Source: Candidatus Levyibacteriota bacterium
GTDB taxonomy: Bacteria > Patescibacteriota > Microgenomatia > Levybacterales > UBA12049
Assembly (NCBI GenBank): GCA_043823085.1
Contig: JBDRBE010000001.1
Location: forward strand, 47,267 to 111,266
Direction of reading: 5' to 3'
Length of the DNA stretch: 64,000 bases
Positions within the stretch are counted from its first letter, which is position 1; every line of letters begins with the position of its first letter. The notes beneath the pieces were generated by a model. It was not told the origin of the DNA. It searched no databases and saw only the letters and a program-made list of their open reading frames with translations. Below, one piece after another: positions 1 to 8,984 of this stretch. Position numbers and translations under genes: made by a program.

Positions 1-150
1 TCCATAACCAAACTGTGCTCCTGTTTGACTATAAGTAGCAATTCCGGAAGGATCATCATCTGCGGCACCAGTAGTCACACCCGGCCCAAAAACATGAATG
101 AGTTTATTTAACTTTTTTTTAACTTTCTGATATAAATTTTTATCTTCCAT
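1..150 (-). CDS. Nramp-family divalent metal transporter, N-terminal 50 aa only (gene continues past the window start)
   Basis: Reverse complement of 1-150 gives MEDKNLYQKVKKKLNKLIHVFGPGVTTGAADDDPSGIATYSQTGAQFGYG. The GPG...DPGN/S-IAT...Q-GAQFGY pattern matches the Nramp/MntH N-terminal signature. ATG is at 148-150 on the minus strand. Confidence 0.5.
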   Translation of the reverse strand, partial: MEDKNLYQKVKKKLNKLIHVFGPGVTTGAADDDPSGIATYSQTGAQFGYG

Positions 151-152
151 CC

Positions 153-581
153 TTAAATACCATCGCAGATTTTTTGACACATTTCTTTGGCTTGGTTTTT
201 TGGATAATTACCAAGTGATCTTATATCATTTACTACTTTTTGCATTTGTGGAGAAGACGAAGCAATTTCTTCCAAGTTTAGATTATTTGCCTCATTTTGT
301 ATTGATTTAATTTTTTGTGAAACATCAGTTTGCAATGTGTTTACCAAAGGAAGAGAAAAATTGACATTTTGATCCTTATCAGTTTCATTACTTTTTATAC
401 TTACTCCCTCAACCGTACCCAAAGATTTATTTGAGGACGGCTTTTGAACATATTTATTTACATCAAGCTTTAAAACTTTAAAGGATCCAATACACAAACC
501 AATAAAAATTCCAATTACAATTAATCCTAAAATTATCCTTTTTATATTCCATGATTCCCGGGTTTGGCTAATTTGTTCCAT
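153..581 (-). CDS. hypothetical protein with N-terminal transmembrane anchor
   Basis: 142-aa ORF with a hydrophobic segment (ILGLIVIGIFIGLCIGSF) near the N-terminus. No recognisable domain. Confidence 0.4.
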   Translation of the reverse strand: MEQISQTRESWNIKRIILGLIVIGIFIGLCIGSFKVLKLDVNKYVQKPSSNKSLGTVEGVSIKSNETDKDQNVNFSLPLVNTLQTDVSQKIKSIQNEANNLNLEEIASSSPQMQKVVNDIRSLGNYPKNQAKEMCQKICDGI

Positions 582-617
582 GAGGTAATTGTAGGTAAAA
601 CGCCAAACTTTTGCAAA

Positions 618-2594
618 CTAATTCGCAAGCTTTATAACTTTACTAACAATATGTTTTGCGCTGATTTGGGCATAAGCCAAGAGCTCTTCTGTGCTGCCCG
701 AGCGGGATATTTTAGGAACTGCCATTTTTAAAACTTTTGCACTACTTTCGGCCATTGCCTCTAAAACAAAATCACCTAAGCCTCCATGCTCGTAATGATC
801 TTCAACAGTGATAATTATTGGTTTTTTTGTTTCATTGGCACATTGTTTTATAGTTTTCTTATCAATTGGTTTAATACTATAACAATCTACAACTCTAATA
901 AAAATTCCTTTCTTTTTAAGCTCTTCATAAGCTTTTAACGCTTCAAAAACAGTGATGCCGCAACAAACAACAGTAAGAGTATCTTTTTTCGAACTTTTGA
1001 TAATTTTTGATCCGCCAATTAAAAATTTTTCGGTTGAATTATAAATTACAGATGTTTTAGGACGAAGTGTTCGAAAATAAGAAATACCAATATGTGAAAC
1101 CAAAAGCGGTAAAATTTTAGCAGTTGAAACTGCATCGCTTGGCTGAAAAATTAAAGACCCGGGAATAGTGCCAAACATGGCAATATCTTCAAGACCCATT
1201 TGAGACGGTCCGTCTTCGCCAATTGAAACTCCGGCATGCGAACCGCAAAACTTAATGTTAGCCTGCGAGATTCCCGCCATTCTAATTTGATCAAAAGCGC
1301 GGGTTAAAAAAGCGGCAAAAGTCGAAACAAAAGGAATTTTTTTCATTCTCGATAAGCCAACTGCAACTCCTACCATATTCTGCTCGGCAATAAAACATTC
1401 TATAAAACGCTCCGGATGATTTTTTTTGAAGATTTCCGAATATGTTGAATTTTTTGTGTCGCCGTCCAAGGCATAAATAAAAGGATTATTATTCCCAAGC
1501 TCTGATAATACGTGTCCATAAACCTCACGTGTTGCAATCTTATCACCAATTTTGTATGAAAGGCTTAAGCCGCGGGGAGGCACAAAATTTTCGCTGTTCG
1601 CATCTTGTCGAGCGCCGTTGACTTGATTAACAACTTGAGATCCTTCGCGAGACAACTGCGGAACAAGAAAATTTTCGTGCCGACCTAAGCGGCTTTTCCT
1701 ATTTAAATCAAACCTTAAACTATCGTCCGTTTTACGTAATTCCAAAAGCGCTTTCTCCAACTCATCTTTTTTAAGCGGTTTTCCATGCCATCCTTCTTTT
1801 CCTTCCAAAAATGAAACTCCTTTTCCTTTTTTAGTTTTAGCAATAATAACAAATGGTTTTTTATTCTTATTATTAGTTGCAAGTTTAAAAGCCTTAATAA
1901 TTTCTTCAAAATTATGTCCGTCAATTGCCAGTGTTTCAAAACCAAAAGAAGAAAATCTATTAAGATACTCGTTAACCTTATGATTAAACATTGTTTCCTG
2001 ACTTTGTCCCAAACCATTAACATCCACAATTGCGATTAAATTATCTAAATGGTAATAAGAAGAAAAATTTGCCGCCTCCCAAATATTTCCTTCCGCCGTC
2101 TCCCCATCTCCCATTAGAACATAAACTTTTGGTAAACTCTTAGTTCTTGATTCTGAATTTTTAATTCCCGCGCGTTGCGCATACGCTATTCCTGCGCCTA
2201 CTGATAAACCTTGTCCCAGTGACCCAGTTGCTGCTTCTGTGAAGGGGAAACGCGGAGTTGGATGACCTTCAAGCCGACTTTCAAATTTCCTAAGTGTTTT
2301 TAATTCTTCTAAAGGCAATCCTCCGCTTAAAGCAAAAAGTGTATAAAGGAGCGGCGCCGCATGACCTTTTGATAGAACAAACCTGTCATTGTTTAAATTA
2401 TGAGGATTTTTTAGATCGTAAGTAAAAAATTTATCAAACATAACAGTTGCGATATCTGCAGATGATAAACATGAGGTTGGATGCCCGGATCCTGCTTCAC
2501 TTGTTGCAATTAAAGACCATTTACGAATAAGCGCTGCTTTCTTTTCAAGATCCGAAGAGTCTACCATGATGCTATTGTAATGGTAATCGTTCAT
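618..2594 (-). CDS. tkt: transketolase
   Basis: 658 aa. TPP-binding signature SGHPTSCLSSADI, GDGETAEGNIWEA, and the central Pyr domain (ATREVYG...GDTKNS). Full-length single-chain transketolase architecture. Confidence 0.9.
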   Translation of the reverse strand: MNDYHYNSIMVDSSDLEKKAALIRKWSLIATSEAGSGHPTSCLSSADIATVMFDKFFTYDLKNPHNLNNDRFVLSKGHAAPLLYTLFALSGGLPLEELKTLRKFESRLEGHPTPRFPFTEAATGSLGQGLSVGAGIAYAQRAGIKNSESRTKSLPKVYVLMGDGETAEGNIWEAANFSSYYHLDNLIAIVDVNGLGQSQETMFNHKVNEYLNRFSSFGFETLAIDGHNFEEIIKAFKLATNNKNKKPFVIIAKTKKGKGVSFLEGKEGWHGKPLKKDELEKALLELRKTDDSLRFDLNRKSRLGRHENFLVPQLSREGSQVVNQVNGARQDANSENFVPPRGLSLSYKIGDKIATREVYGHVLSELGNNNPFIYALDGDTKNSTYSEIFKKNHPERFIECFIAEQNMVGVAVGLSRMKKIPFVSTFAAFLTRAFDQIRMAGISQANIKFCGSHAGVSIGEDGPSQMGLEDIAMFGTIPGSLIFQPSDAVSTAKILPLLVSHIGISYFRTLRPKTSVIYNSTEKFLIGGSKIIKSSKKDTLTVVCCGITVFEALKAYEELKKKGIFIRVVDCYSIKPIDKKTIKQCANETKKPIIITVEDHYEHGGLGDFVLEAMAESSAKVLKMAVPKISRSGSTEELLAYAQISAKHIVSKVIKLAN

Positions 2595-2625
2595 TAAATC
2601 AATAATATTTTGATATAATAGTTAA

Positions 2626-3399
2626 GTGAATTATTTTCAGACGTTAATTTATTCTCTTGTCGAAGGAGTAACTGAATTTTTACCAATATCTTCAACCGGT
2701 CATCTAATTTTAACTTCTGAATTATTAAAAATCCAACAAACAGAATTTATAAAAAGTTTTGAGATTTTTATCCAACTTGGGGCAATTCTTGCAATTGTCT
2801 TTTTATACTGGCAGACATTAACTAAAAATATTGAGGCTTGGAAAAGAATTATTGCCGCTTTTATTCCAACCGGATTTATTGGACTTCTTCTTTATAAAAT
2901 AATTAAAGATTCATTTTTTGAAAACACAAACATCACTCTTCTTGCTCTTTTTTTTGGAGGAATCTTGCTCATTCTTTTAGAATTTATTCATAAAGAAAAA
3001 GATCATCACATAGATAAAATAGAAAATTTAAGTCTAAAAAATTCTTTTCTAATTGGAATTTTTCAATCAATTTCTGTTATCCCCGGCGTTTCACGTTCTG
3101 CTGCAACTATTATTGGCGCGCTAATTTTGGGAACAAAAAGAAAAACAGCGGTTGAATTTTCTTTTCTTTTGGCAATTCCAACAATGTTTGCCGCAACCGG
3201 CTATGATCTTATTAAAAGCAGTTTTTCTTTTACACCTTTCGAATATTCTCTCTTGATTATTGGTTTTTTTGGATCATTTATTGTTGCAATTTTTGCTGTT
3301 AAATTCTTTTTAAATTTTATTAAAGAGCACACTTTTATTCCATTTGGCGTTTACCGAATTTTAATTTCATTTCTCTTTTGGTTCCTAATTATAAAATAA
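2626..3399 (+). CDS. uppP: undecaprenyl-diphosphatase (UppP/BacA)
   Basis: N-terminus LVEGVTEFLPISSTGHLIL is the canonical UppP motif. 257 aa with multiple TM segments. Confidence 0.9.
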   Translation: MNYFQTLIYSLVEGVTEFLPISSTGHLILTSELLKIQQTEFIKSFEIFIQLGAILAIVFLYWQTLTKNIEAWKRIIAAFIPTGFIGLLLYKIIKDSFFENTNITLLALFFGGILLILLEFIHKEKDHHIDKIENLSLKNSFLIGIFQSISVIPGVSRSAATIIGALILGTKRKTAVEFSFLLAIPTMFAATGYDLIKSSFSFTPFEYSLLIIGFFGSFIVAIFAVKFFLNFIKEHTFIPFGVYRILISFLFWFLIIK

Positions 3400-3407
3400 C
3401 ATCTCTG

Positions 3408-3431
3408 CTTTAATGATTTAAATCATTAAAG
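3408..3431. promoter_or_regulatory. 24-bp perfect palindrome ctttaatgatttaaatcattaaag in the uppP-MGMT spacer (operator-like, or hairpin without a U-tract)
   Basis: The first 12 nt are the exact reverse complement of the last 12. It lies 9 nt after the uppP stop and 28 nt before the next start. No T-run follows, so a classical terminator is less likely. Confidence 0.3.
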
Positions 3432-3459
3432 TGATGACATTAAAAATTGTTAAAGGCCA

Positions 3460-3762
3460 ATGAAAATTTTTGAAAAAATCTATGCTATTGTCTCGCTTGT
3501 ACCCAAAGGAAAAGTTCTTACCTATAAAAAAATCTCCGATATCCTAAATCTTAGAAATCCAAGAATTGTCGGCTATGCTTTGCATGCCAATAAAAATCCT
3601 CAAAAAATTCCCTGCCATAGAGTAGTGAAAAGCGACGGAACGCTGGCTTGCGGCTATGCTTTTGGCGGAATTAAAAAACAGAAAGAAAAACTAATAAAAG
3701 AAGGAGTTTCATTTTTGAATAACAATACTGTTGATCTTAATAAATCGATGAGAATTGTTTAA
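3460..3762 (+). CDS. MGMT-family protein (methylated-DNA-[protein]-cysteine S-methyltransferase DNA-binding domain)
   Basis: 100 aa. PCHRVV active-site motif and the pattern of the Ada/Ogt C-terminal domain, without the N-terminal domain. Confidence 0.75.
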   Translation: MKIFEKIYAIVSLVPKGKVLTYKKISDILNLRNPRIVGYALHANKNPQKIPCHRVVKSDGTLACGYAFGGIKKQKEKLIKEGVSFLNNNTVDLNKSMRIV

Positions 3763-3788
3763 TAGATTTTCTAACTCAATTCTATAAA

Positions 3789-4127
3789 TTAAGATCTTTT
3801 TAGAAGCGGTTCTTTATTATTTTGCTTTTTAAGCAGAACAACCACGCTGGATACTTCGACAATAAGTATCATAATCCACCAAATAATATCTTCAATAACT
3901 GCACCAAGGAAATAAATACCTAAAAATTTCTCAGATGAATACGACCATGCCTTAACATGCAATGCCACACTCATCATTATTGAACCATATATTGTAAATA
4001 ACACCACTATCAAAGTAATTAATCTAATGGCTTTTTTAAGAATAGGCCAATAATATATCCATATGCCTATTATTAATGGAAGCGTAATAATTAATGTATA
4101 GTCTAAATAAGTAAATTTACCAAACAT
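3789..4127 (-). CDS. small polytopic membrane protein, possible lycopene-cyclase-domain (CrtYcd-like) half
   Basis: 112 aa, three hydrophobic helices. It is paired and overlapping with the next ORF, which carries a PxEE motif. Assignment is weak. Confidence 0.3.
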   Translation of the reverse strand: MFGKFTYLDYTLIITLPLIIGIWIYYWPILKKAIRLITLIVVLFTIYGSIMMSVALHVKAWSYSSEKFLGIYFLGAVIEDIIWWIMILIVEVSSVVVLLKKQNNKEPLLKRS

Positions 4128-4449
4128 ATTTTTTCAAATATTTCCATGCGATAATGACAATTGTGCTGATAAAAAGAGGACATAAGGTGTTAAAAATTAT
4201 GAATTCCTCAAAAGGCAATCCGGTAGAAGGACCCCCAAAAAACCATACACCAAGAGTCGGTGAAGAATCATAACGCCAAAGTCCAGTTCTTACAGAAAGA
4301 AGATCCCAGGGGGCACCAAAAAGAAAAGTCGACATGACAGTAAAAAGAAATATCTTTTTATATTGCAGGAATGTTTTCCAAAAAAAAATCCAAAATACGA
4401 TAAGAGGAATCAAAAGAAATACAACAAGCAATGTTAAATAGGTATACAT
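4117..4449 (-). CDS. lycopene cyclase domain-like membrane protein
   Basis: 110 aa, three TM helices. GLPFEEFIIF resembles the conserved hPhEEhhF motif of CrtYc/CrtYd lycopene-cyclase domains. Confidence 0.4.
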   Translation of the reverse strand: MYTYLTLLVVFLLIPLIVFWIFFWKTFLQYKKIFLFTVMSTFLFGAPWDLLSVRTGLWRYDSSPTLGVWFFGGPSTGLPFEEFIIFNTLCPLFISTIVIIAWKYLKKYVW

Positions 4450-4496
4450 AGATTATATTTTAATTACTCTGTAGACAAAAAACAACTCAATAATAT

Positions 4497-5393
4497 TTAC
4501 GCATTTGAATTATTAACAATAAAATCTCCTGTCGCTTTTCCCAAACGCAATCCCTGCCTATCAACCTGCTTGTGGTCGCCAGATAATAGAGACATACGTT
4601 GAATTTTTTCTCTTATAACTAATGTTAAATTAGAGCCAAAATAAAAAGCAGTATTAAGAATTCCTACTTGTATTGGGTATTGTTTTTTTACCAGCGTAAA
4701 AATCATTCCTGCAGAGAATTGTGCCCACCAATGATATGCATCGCCCAAGGGATCCCTTACGTCGCTCATGGAAAAATCCGCGGTACTTCTAGCAATAGTC
4801 ATCATTGTAATAGGATCAGCCTCTGACTCTACCTTAAAAAGAAGTTTTTCACTTAGTCTCGTATCGCATAAACGCGCTACAGCTCGATAAGAAGCATGCG
4901 CAAGTAACGCAGCAGCAACGGGATTATTGTCTGTTTGCCTTAATGCAATATCAAATTGATCAACTACTGTTAATTGTCTTCCCATGGTTTGAGCTTGCTC
5001 TCTTACCGAATGTAAAAAATCAAAGATCTTCTCAATTGGGAAAAATTCAGATACTGTTTTTTTTCCATGATCATTTGAAAACGCAATAAGCGATGCTGTT
5101 AGTCGAGAAATCTTAATCCTCTTACTGTCCCATGGATTTATTAATAAATCGTTTACTGTATATTCTTTTTGCGAAATTACCCTAGTGATTCTCGAAAAAA
5201 GTTCATTTTTTATGACTGCCTCTTTAGGATTTTTAAAATAACAAGGCTCTTGTTTCATTTTATCTATATACACTCCAACGCCAGACGATAAATTCTCTGG
5301 TTTTGTGGCTGCTCCCAATGCTGCATCACTTAATACTTTTATATCTTCTATAAATGTTGGCAACGATCGCCCTGAATTAGCCTCTTTAGACAT
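4497..5393 (-). CDS. hypothetical protein
   Basis: 298-aa uninterrupted ORF. No motif recognised. Confidence 0.4.
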   Translation of the reverse strand: MSKEANSGRSLPTFIEDIKVLSDAALGAATKPENLSSGVGVYIDKMKQEPCYFKNPKEAVIKNELFSRITRVISQKEYTVNDLLINPWDSKRIKISRLTASLIAFSNDHGKKTVSEFFPIEKIFDFLHSVREQAQTMGRQLTVVDQFDIALRQTDNNPVAAALLAHASYRAVARLCDTRLSEKLLFKVESEADPITMMTIARSTADFSMSDVRDPLGDAYHWWAQFSAGMIFTLVKKQYPIQVGILNTAFYFGSNLTLVIREKIQRMSLLSGDHKQVDRQGLRLGKATGDFIVNNSNA

Positions 5394-5467
5394 TATAGGA
5401 TAATATCATTTTTTATTCTTAATATCAAAGATAAAGGCTTATTTAAAGAGTGATGATCCTAGAATAT

Positions 5468-5719
5468 TTAATCTAACTTATCAAAAAGCAGGAGTTGGTA
5501 GATTTTTTTCATAAATTTAATTAAAGCAACTTTTTCTATTTGCCTTATTCTTTCTGCGCTCAATCGGTATTTCTTGCCAATTTTTTCCAAGATTTTCCCC
5601 TTAACCCTTTTTACTAAAATATCTTTTTCTTTTTTATTTAATTTATCCGAACTCTCGATGAGCGATACAAAATATCCAATTGTTTTATTTCCCATTTTAA
5701 GAATGGGGCAGGGTTTCAA
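5468..5719 (-). CDS. sigma-70 region 4-like HTH protein
   Basis: LEKIGKKYRLSAERIRQIEKVALIKF fits the sigma-70 region 4.2 HTH consensus (TLEEIG..LGVSRERVRQIE..AL.KL). 83 aa. Confidence 0.45.
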   Translation of the reverse strand: MKPCPILKMGNKTIGYFVSLIESSDKLNKKEKDILVKRVKGKILEKIGKKYRLSAERIRQIEKVALIKFMKKIYQLLLFDKLD

Positions 5720-6023
5720 TGTCTTTATGTAATTCTTTAGTTAAATCCGCCGATGCATTTTTAATTTTATCTTCGATATTTTCTATTTTCCCATTTAAAA
5801 AATCCCATATTTTTTCGTGATTGTCAACTGAAAGATGCTCGAGAAATATTTTTTTATCTTCCTTTGAAAGTTCAGATAAAATCGCATCCAAAATTACATG
5901 GTATAAATTTGAATCGATAAGCGATATCAGATGCTCTCTTTCATCTTTTGATAAATTAATATTGTTTAGCTTAACGATTAATGAATCGATTTCAATAATA
6001 TGAGTGTAAAACTTTTTTTTCAT
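5697..6023 (-). CDS. hypothetical helical protein
   Basis: 108-aa ORF overlapping the downstream gene by 23 nt. No motif recognised. Confidence 0.35.
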   Translation of the reverse strand: MKKKFYTHIIEIDSLIVKLNNINLSKDEREHLISLIDSNLYHVILDAILSELSKEDKKIFLEHLSVDNHEKIWDFLNGKIENIEDKIKNASADLTKELHKDIETLPHS

Positions 6024-6916
6024 GATACTTTTTGATTGTAATTTTCAATAGGACCAAGGGGAACTTCGTCTTTTGGATCGTCAATAAAAAAATAAAGAAC
6101 AGGGCCTCTTTTTACTCCATCTTCACGTTCAAGATAGCTCATGACTTCAGGAGATCCTCCTAAATGTTTTCCTGTCCATTCTGCAGGCCCCGCATCTCCG
6201 ATAACTGCCACAACCGCTTTTCCATTGTTGGGATTCACTATCAGCATTTTCCTAAATTTAAAAAAGTCTAAAAGTTCTTTGGGATTTTTATCAAATCCGG
6301 GCGCTAAAAATGTTTGAACAGCTATATAATATTTTTCTCTTGCTTTATATTTTTCGTTCAACTGCTCGCCAAACGGCACAAAATATCCCCAACCTCCAAG
6401 GCCGGGAGCCATGCCGGATGAGGTATATTTTCTTGCGTCTTCATCCATATCAAAATGAACTATCATATTATCACCAGGGAATCTGGCCAGATGCTGTTCT
6501 GCTCCAATAATACCATAAGTTCTATTTAATCTTTTACCATTCAGTTGAGCCGCCACCTTAACATTAAAATCTCGAGAAAGGATATTTGCAATTTCCTCCT
6601 CTTCTTCTTTTGTTAATAACCGAACTTTATTTGGAACTAATTTTGAAAGATCGGAGATTAAAAATGTATTTTTATCAATGTTTTGCGCCAGCTGTTCTTT
6701 AGCCGGCAAAAAATGAGGCGCTGGAAGACTTTGTAAAAGCGGCGCGGTTAAAAGCATTAAACTTCCCAAAGAACCGACAGCCAAATGCTTAGTACGATCA
6801 GTTAACCAATTTAAAGAATCTTGATGTTTTGTCCAAAGTTTATTTTGAAGCTCCCTATGACGCGAAACCCACTTTTCTTTTAAGTGTTCAAAATTTGTTT
6901 TTTGTGTTTGCGGCAT
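6020..6916 (-). CDS. hypothetical protein with C-terminal RlpA-like double-psi beta-barrel-like segment
   Basis: LIVNPNNGKAVVAVIGDAGPAEW...LGGSPEVMSYL resembles the RlpA/DPBB core (V.V.N..NGKSVVVRVNDRGP...IDLS..A). Call made by eye only. Confidence 0.35.
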   Translation of the reverse strand: MPQTQKTNFEHLKEKWVSRHRELQNKLWTKHQDSLNWLTDRTKHLAVGSLGSLMLLTAPLLQSLPAPHFLPAKEQLAQNIDKNTFLISDLSKLVPNKVRLLTKEEEEEIANILSRDFNVKVAAQLNGKRLNRTYGIIGAEQHLARFPGDNMIVHFDMDEDARKYTSSGMAPGLGGWGYFVPFGEQLNEKYKAREKYYIAVQTFLAPGFDKNPKELLDFFKFRKMLIVNPNNGKAVVAVIGDAGPAEWTGKHLGGSPEVMSYLEREDGVKRGPVLYFFIDDPKDEVPLGPIENYNQKVS

Positions 6917-6978
6917 TTCTAACTACAATAATGACAAATTTTAATTAAATAGTCAATTGATGCAAGTCTTTCCGGAGT

Positions 6979-7215
6979 TTATCTCTTTTTCTTTGTTTTT
7001 GATATTTTCTGGTTATTAACCAGATATAGGAGACCAAGGAGAAAAGCCATTCCGACTGCAACGACAAAAACAAATGATTTCAGAGAATTGGTAGACATAA
7101 TATTATCTTGATAGGCTTTAAAAAGAATAAAAATACTAAAAGCAACTAAAAGAATTAAAAAGGCAATTACAGCTTTAAGAGTTGATTCATGATCTGATTT
7201 CTTAAAAGCTTTCAT
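6979..7215 (-). CDS. small two-TM membrane protein
   Basis: 78 aa, two hydrophobic helices, Lys-rich C-terminus. Confidence 0.3.
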   Translation of the reverse strand: MKAFKKSDHESTLKAVIAFLILLVAFSIFILFKAYQDNIMSTNSLKSFVFVVAVGMAFLLGLLYLVNNQKISKTKKKR

Positions 7216-7229
7216 TTATGAAGACCTGA

Positions 7230-7703
7230 TTATCGGGTAATTTCAATAATTGGTTCTATTTCTCCAACTGCTGACACTGTAACTCTGCCATCGCCATTTT
7301 TTACTACGCTATAACCCGTAGAATATGTTGTACAATCTGTTATTTCAGTGCCACCACCTGTCTGTGGATCCGATGGTAAAGCTGGAATATAATTAGGTAT
7401 TAAATCCGCACATATATCTGCGCCCGCATTTGATATTTCTGCAGCTGTAGTTAAGGGTATACCTACTGGCAAAACTCCCTGATTTTCGGCTGAATACTGT
7501 CCAATGGCACTTAGTATTTGAGCGATATCACTTTTTCTTTTGGTATCATTTGCCATGCCAAATTGTCTGGCAGGATTAACAGCTATTAAAACTATTGAAA
7601 GAAGGATTGCTAAAATTCCGATGACAACAAGAAGTTCAATTAATGTGAAGCCTTTATTTTTTTTACATTCCTTTGGGCAGCTTTTCATGTCTATAAAAAC
7701 CAT
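7230..7703 (-). CDS. type IV pilin (prepilin-type N-terminal cleavage/methylation domain)
   Basis: KNKGFTLIELLVVIGILAILLSIVLIAV is the canonical class III signal (G|FTLIELL). 157 aa. The real start may be the internal Met (MKSCPKECKKNKG|FTLIE). Confidence 0.8.
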   Translation of the reverse strand: MVFIDMKSCPKECKKNKGFTLIELLVVIGILAILLSIVLIAVNPARQFGMANDTKRKSDIAQILSAIGQYSAENQGVLPVGIPLTTAAEISNAGADICADLIPNYIPALPSDPQTGGGTEITDCTTYSTGYSVVKNGDGRVTVSAVGEIEPIIEITR

Positions 7704-7740
7704 AACATGTTAAAAAAGTCTTGTCAAGAGGGCAATTTGA
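7704..7740 (-). promoter_or_regulatory. candidate sigma-70 promoter for the pilin gene
   Basis: On the minus strand: cTTGACAag, then 17 nt, then TATGGT, about 10 nt upstream of the ATG. Confidence 0.35.
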
Positions 7741-7760
7741 GACTGAAAAATCTTATGTGA

Positions 7761-8594
7761 TTATTGAACAATTGCAGTTGTCGGCTGCAACAAAATTTCT
7801 CCTGTCGGACTGGGGTTAATAATCCCCGACGGACTACTGCTCTTTAATGTATCCTCAATATATTCTGTAGGACTGGGTTTGGGAGCTGTGTTTTTAATAG
7901 TCTTAGGTCTAGGAGCAGGCCTTGCTAAAACATTGGTAAAAATAAGAACAATTAATACTACTAACGATAATCCAACGACAACGGATAGAACTAATGTTTT
8001 TTTACTTTTTTCTTTTTTTTGCGTTTCTTCTTTTACAGCCTTACGCGTTTCCTGTTTGGTTAAAATACTAAACTGTTTAATAAATTCTACTTTATTTAAT
8101 ACGAGATTTAAATCAAGATTACTAGAGAGTTCCGGTATTGTTTCCTGTAAAACCGAGGTCGGAACAACCGCCGTAATAGAAAATCCCAGTCTTTCAAATG
8201 CATTTTTAAACGCCTCGCAAAATTCTTTGTTTATAGCAACAATTTTGCATTTTTTACCAATCATTATCTTCTTACTATCTATGTCCTGGAATGGAACCAA
8301 ATCAATGAATTTTTGTATTTCTTCTTCTAGGTCTTCGAGAACCGCCTCTTGAAAATCTTTTTCAAAAGTAACCATTGTAGAAAGAAGAATAAGCAAATTA
8401 GATGCTTCTATTTTATTGGATTGAACAAAAGCGGAAATAAGTGAAAACAACTTTTCTTTATCAAGAACCTCGACATCGCTAACAATTTCCAAAGGGATAT
8501 CCAAAGATAACATCTGCGAAACATTGCCGCCGTAGAATATAACTCTATTCCCTTCAATATAAAGGACAGCTGTTGATTTTTTAGAAAGCTCCAT
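7761..8594 (-). CDS. pilus-assembly-associated single-pass membrane protein (PilM/PilN-like?)
   Basis: 277 aa. A cytoplasmic N-domain, one TM segment (LVLSVVVGLSLVVLIVLIF) and a Pro-rich C-tail. Located inside the pilus cluster. Homology not established. Confidence 0.3.
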   Translation of the reverse strand: MELSKKSTAVLYIEGNRVIFYGGNVSQMLSLDIPLEIVSDVEVLDKEKLFSLISAFVQSNKIEASNLLILLSTMVTFEKDFQEAVLEDLEEEIQKFIDLVPFQDIDSKKIMIGKKCKIVAINKEFCEAFKNAFERLGFSITAVVPTSVLQETIPELSSNLDLNLVLNKVEFIKQFSILTKQETRKAVKEETQKKEKSKKTLVLSVVVGLSLVVLIVLIFTNVLARPAPRPKTIKNTAPKPSPTEYIEDTLKSSSPSGIINPSPTGEILLQPTTAIVQ

Positions 8595-8984
8595 TTAATA
8601 AATCTCCTTCCAAGACGATATGATAAGCATACCATTATTGTATACTATTTCTGCCTGAATTTTACGCAGGATATTATTTTCCACTGCTTGCGAAGTCATA
8701 ATGATTGGATTACCATGCACAACTTGTATTCCAACATTCCCCTCTGCAAGAGATAACGTTTCACCAGTATAATCAGGATTTCGCAGTAACCGCAAAATCC
8801 CATTTTCAATGCCGCTTTCTGCCAAATAATAATTATTTATTCCGTTTTCCATTTTACTTGCTGCTAATGAATTAACAAAAATGATTTCTATTGCCGATGT
8901 CACAATAGTTATGCCAACAACTATAAAAACAAGAAGCGTTACCAGCGCTTGTCCCTTTTGATAATTTTTATTAAAATTATGCAT
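8595..8984 (-). CDS. minor pilin-like protein
   Basis: 129 aa. N-terminal hydrophobic pilin-like helix GQALVTLLVFIVVGITIVTSAIEI, in the pilus cluster. Confidence 0.45.
   Translation of the reverse strand: MHNFNKNYQKGQALVTLLVFIVVGITIVTSAIEIIFVNSLAASKMENGINNYYLAESGIENGILRLLRNPDYTGETLSLAEGNVGIQVVHGNPIIMTSQAVENNILRKIQAEIVYNNGMLIISSWKEIY

Noticed and set aside
1561-1700. Transketolase carrying an inserted copy of the ribosomal-operon element
   Set aside because: The tkt interdomain linker is of normal length compared with typical transketolases. The homology is therefore better explained as a tkt-derived fragment captured in the intergenic insert than as an insertion into tkt.
1715-2029. Antisense or shadow ORFs inside well-supported genes. 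Examples are 1715-2029, 7879-8352, 10450-10671, 16461-16763, 45101-45553, 48038-48676, 53421-53798, 54650-54964 and 62398-62898.
   Set aside because: Each lies entirely within, and opposite or out of frame to, a gene with strong homology-style signatures. The products are low-complexity or stop-poor reverse-strand reads typical of spurious ORFs.
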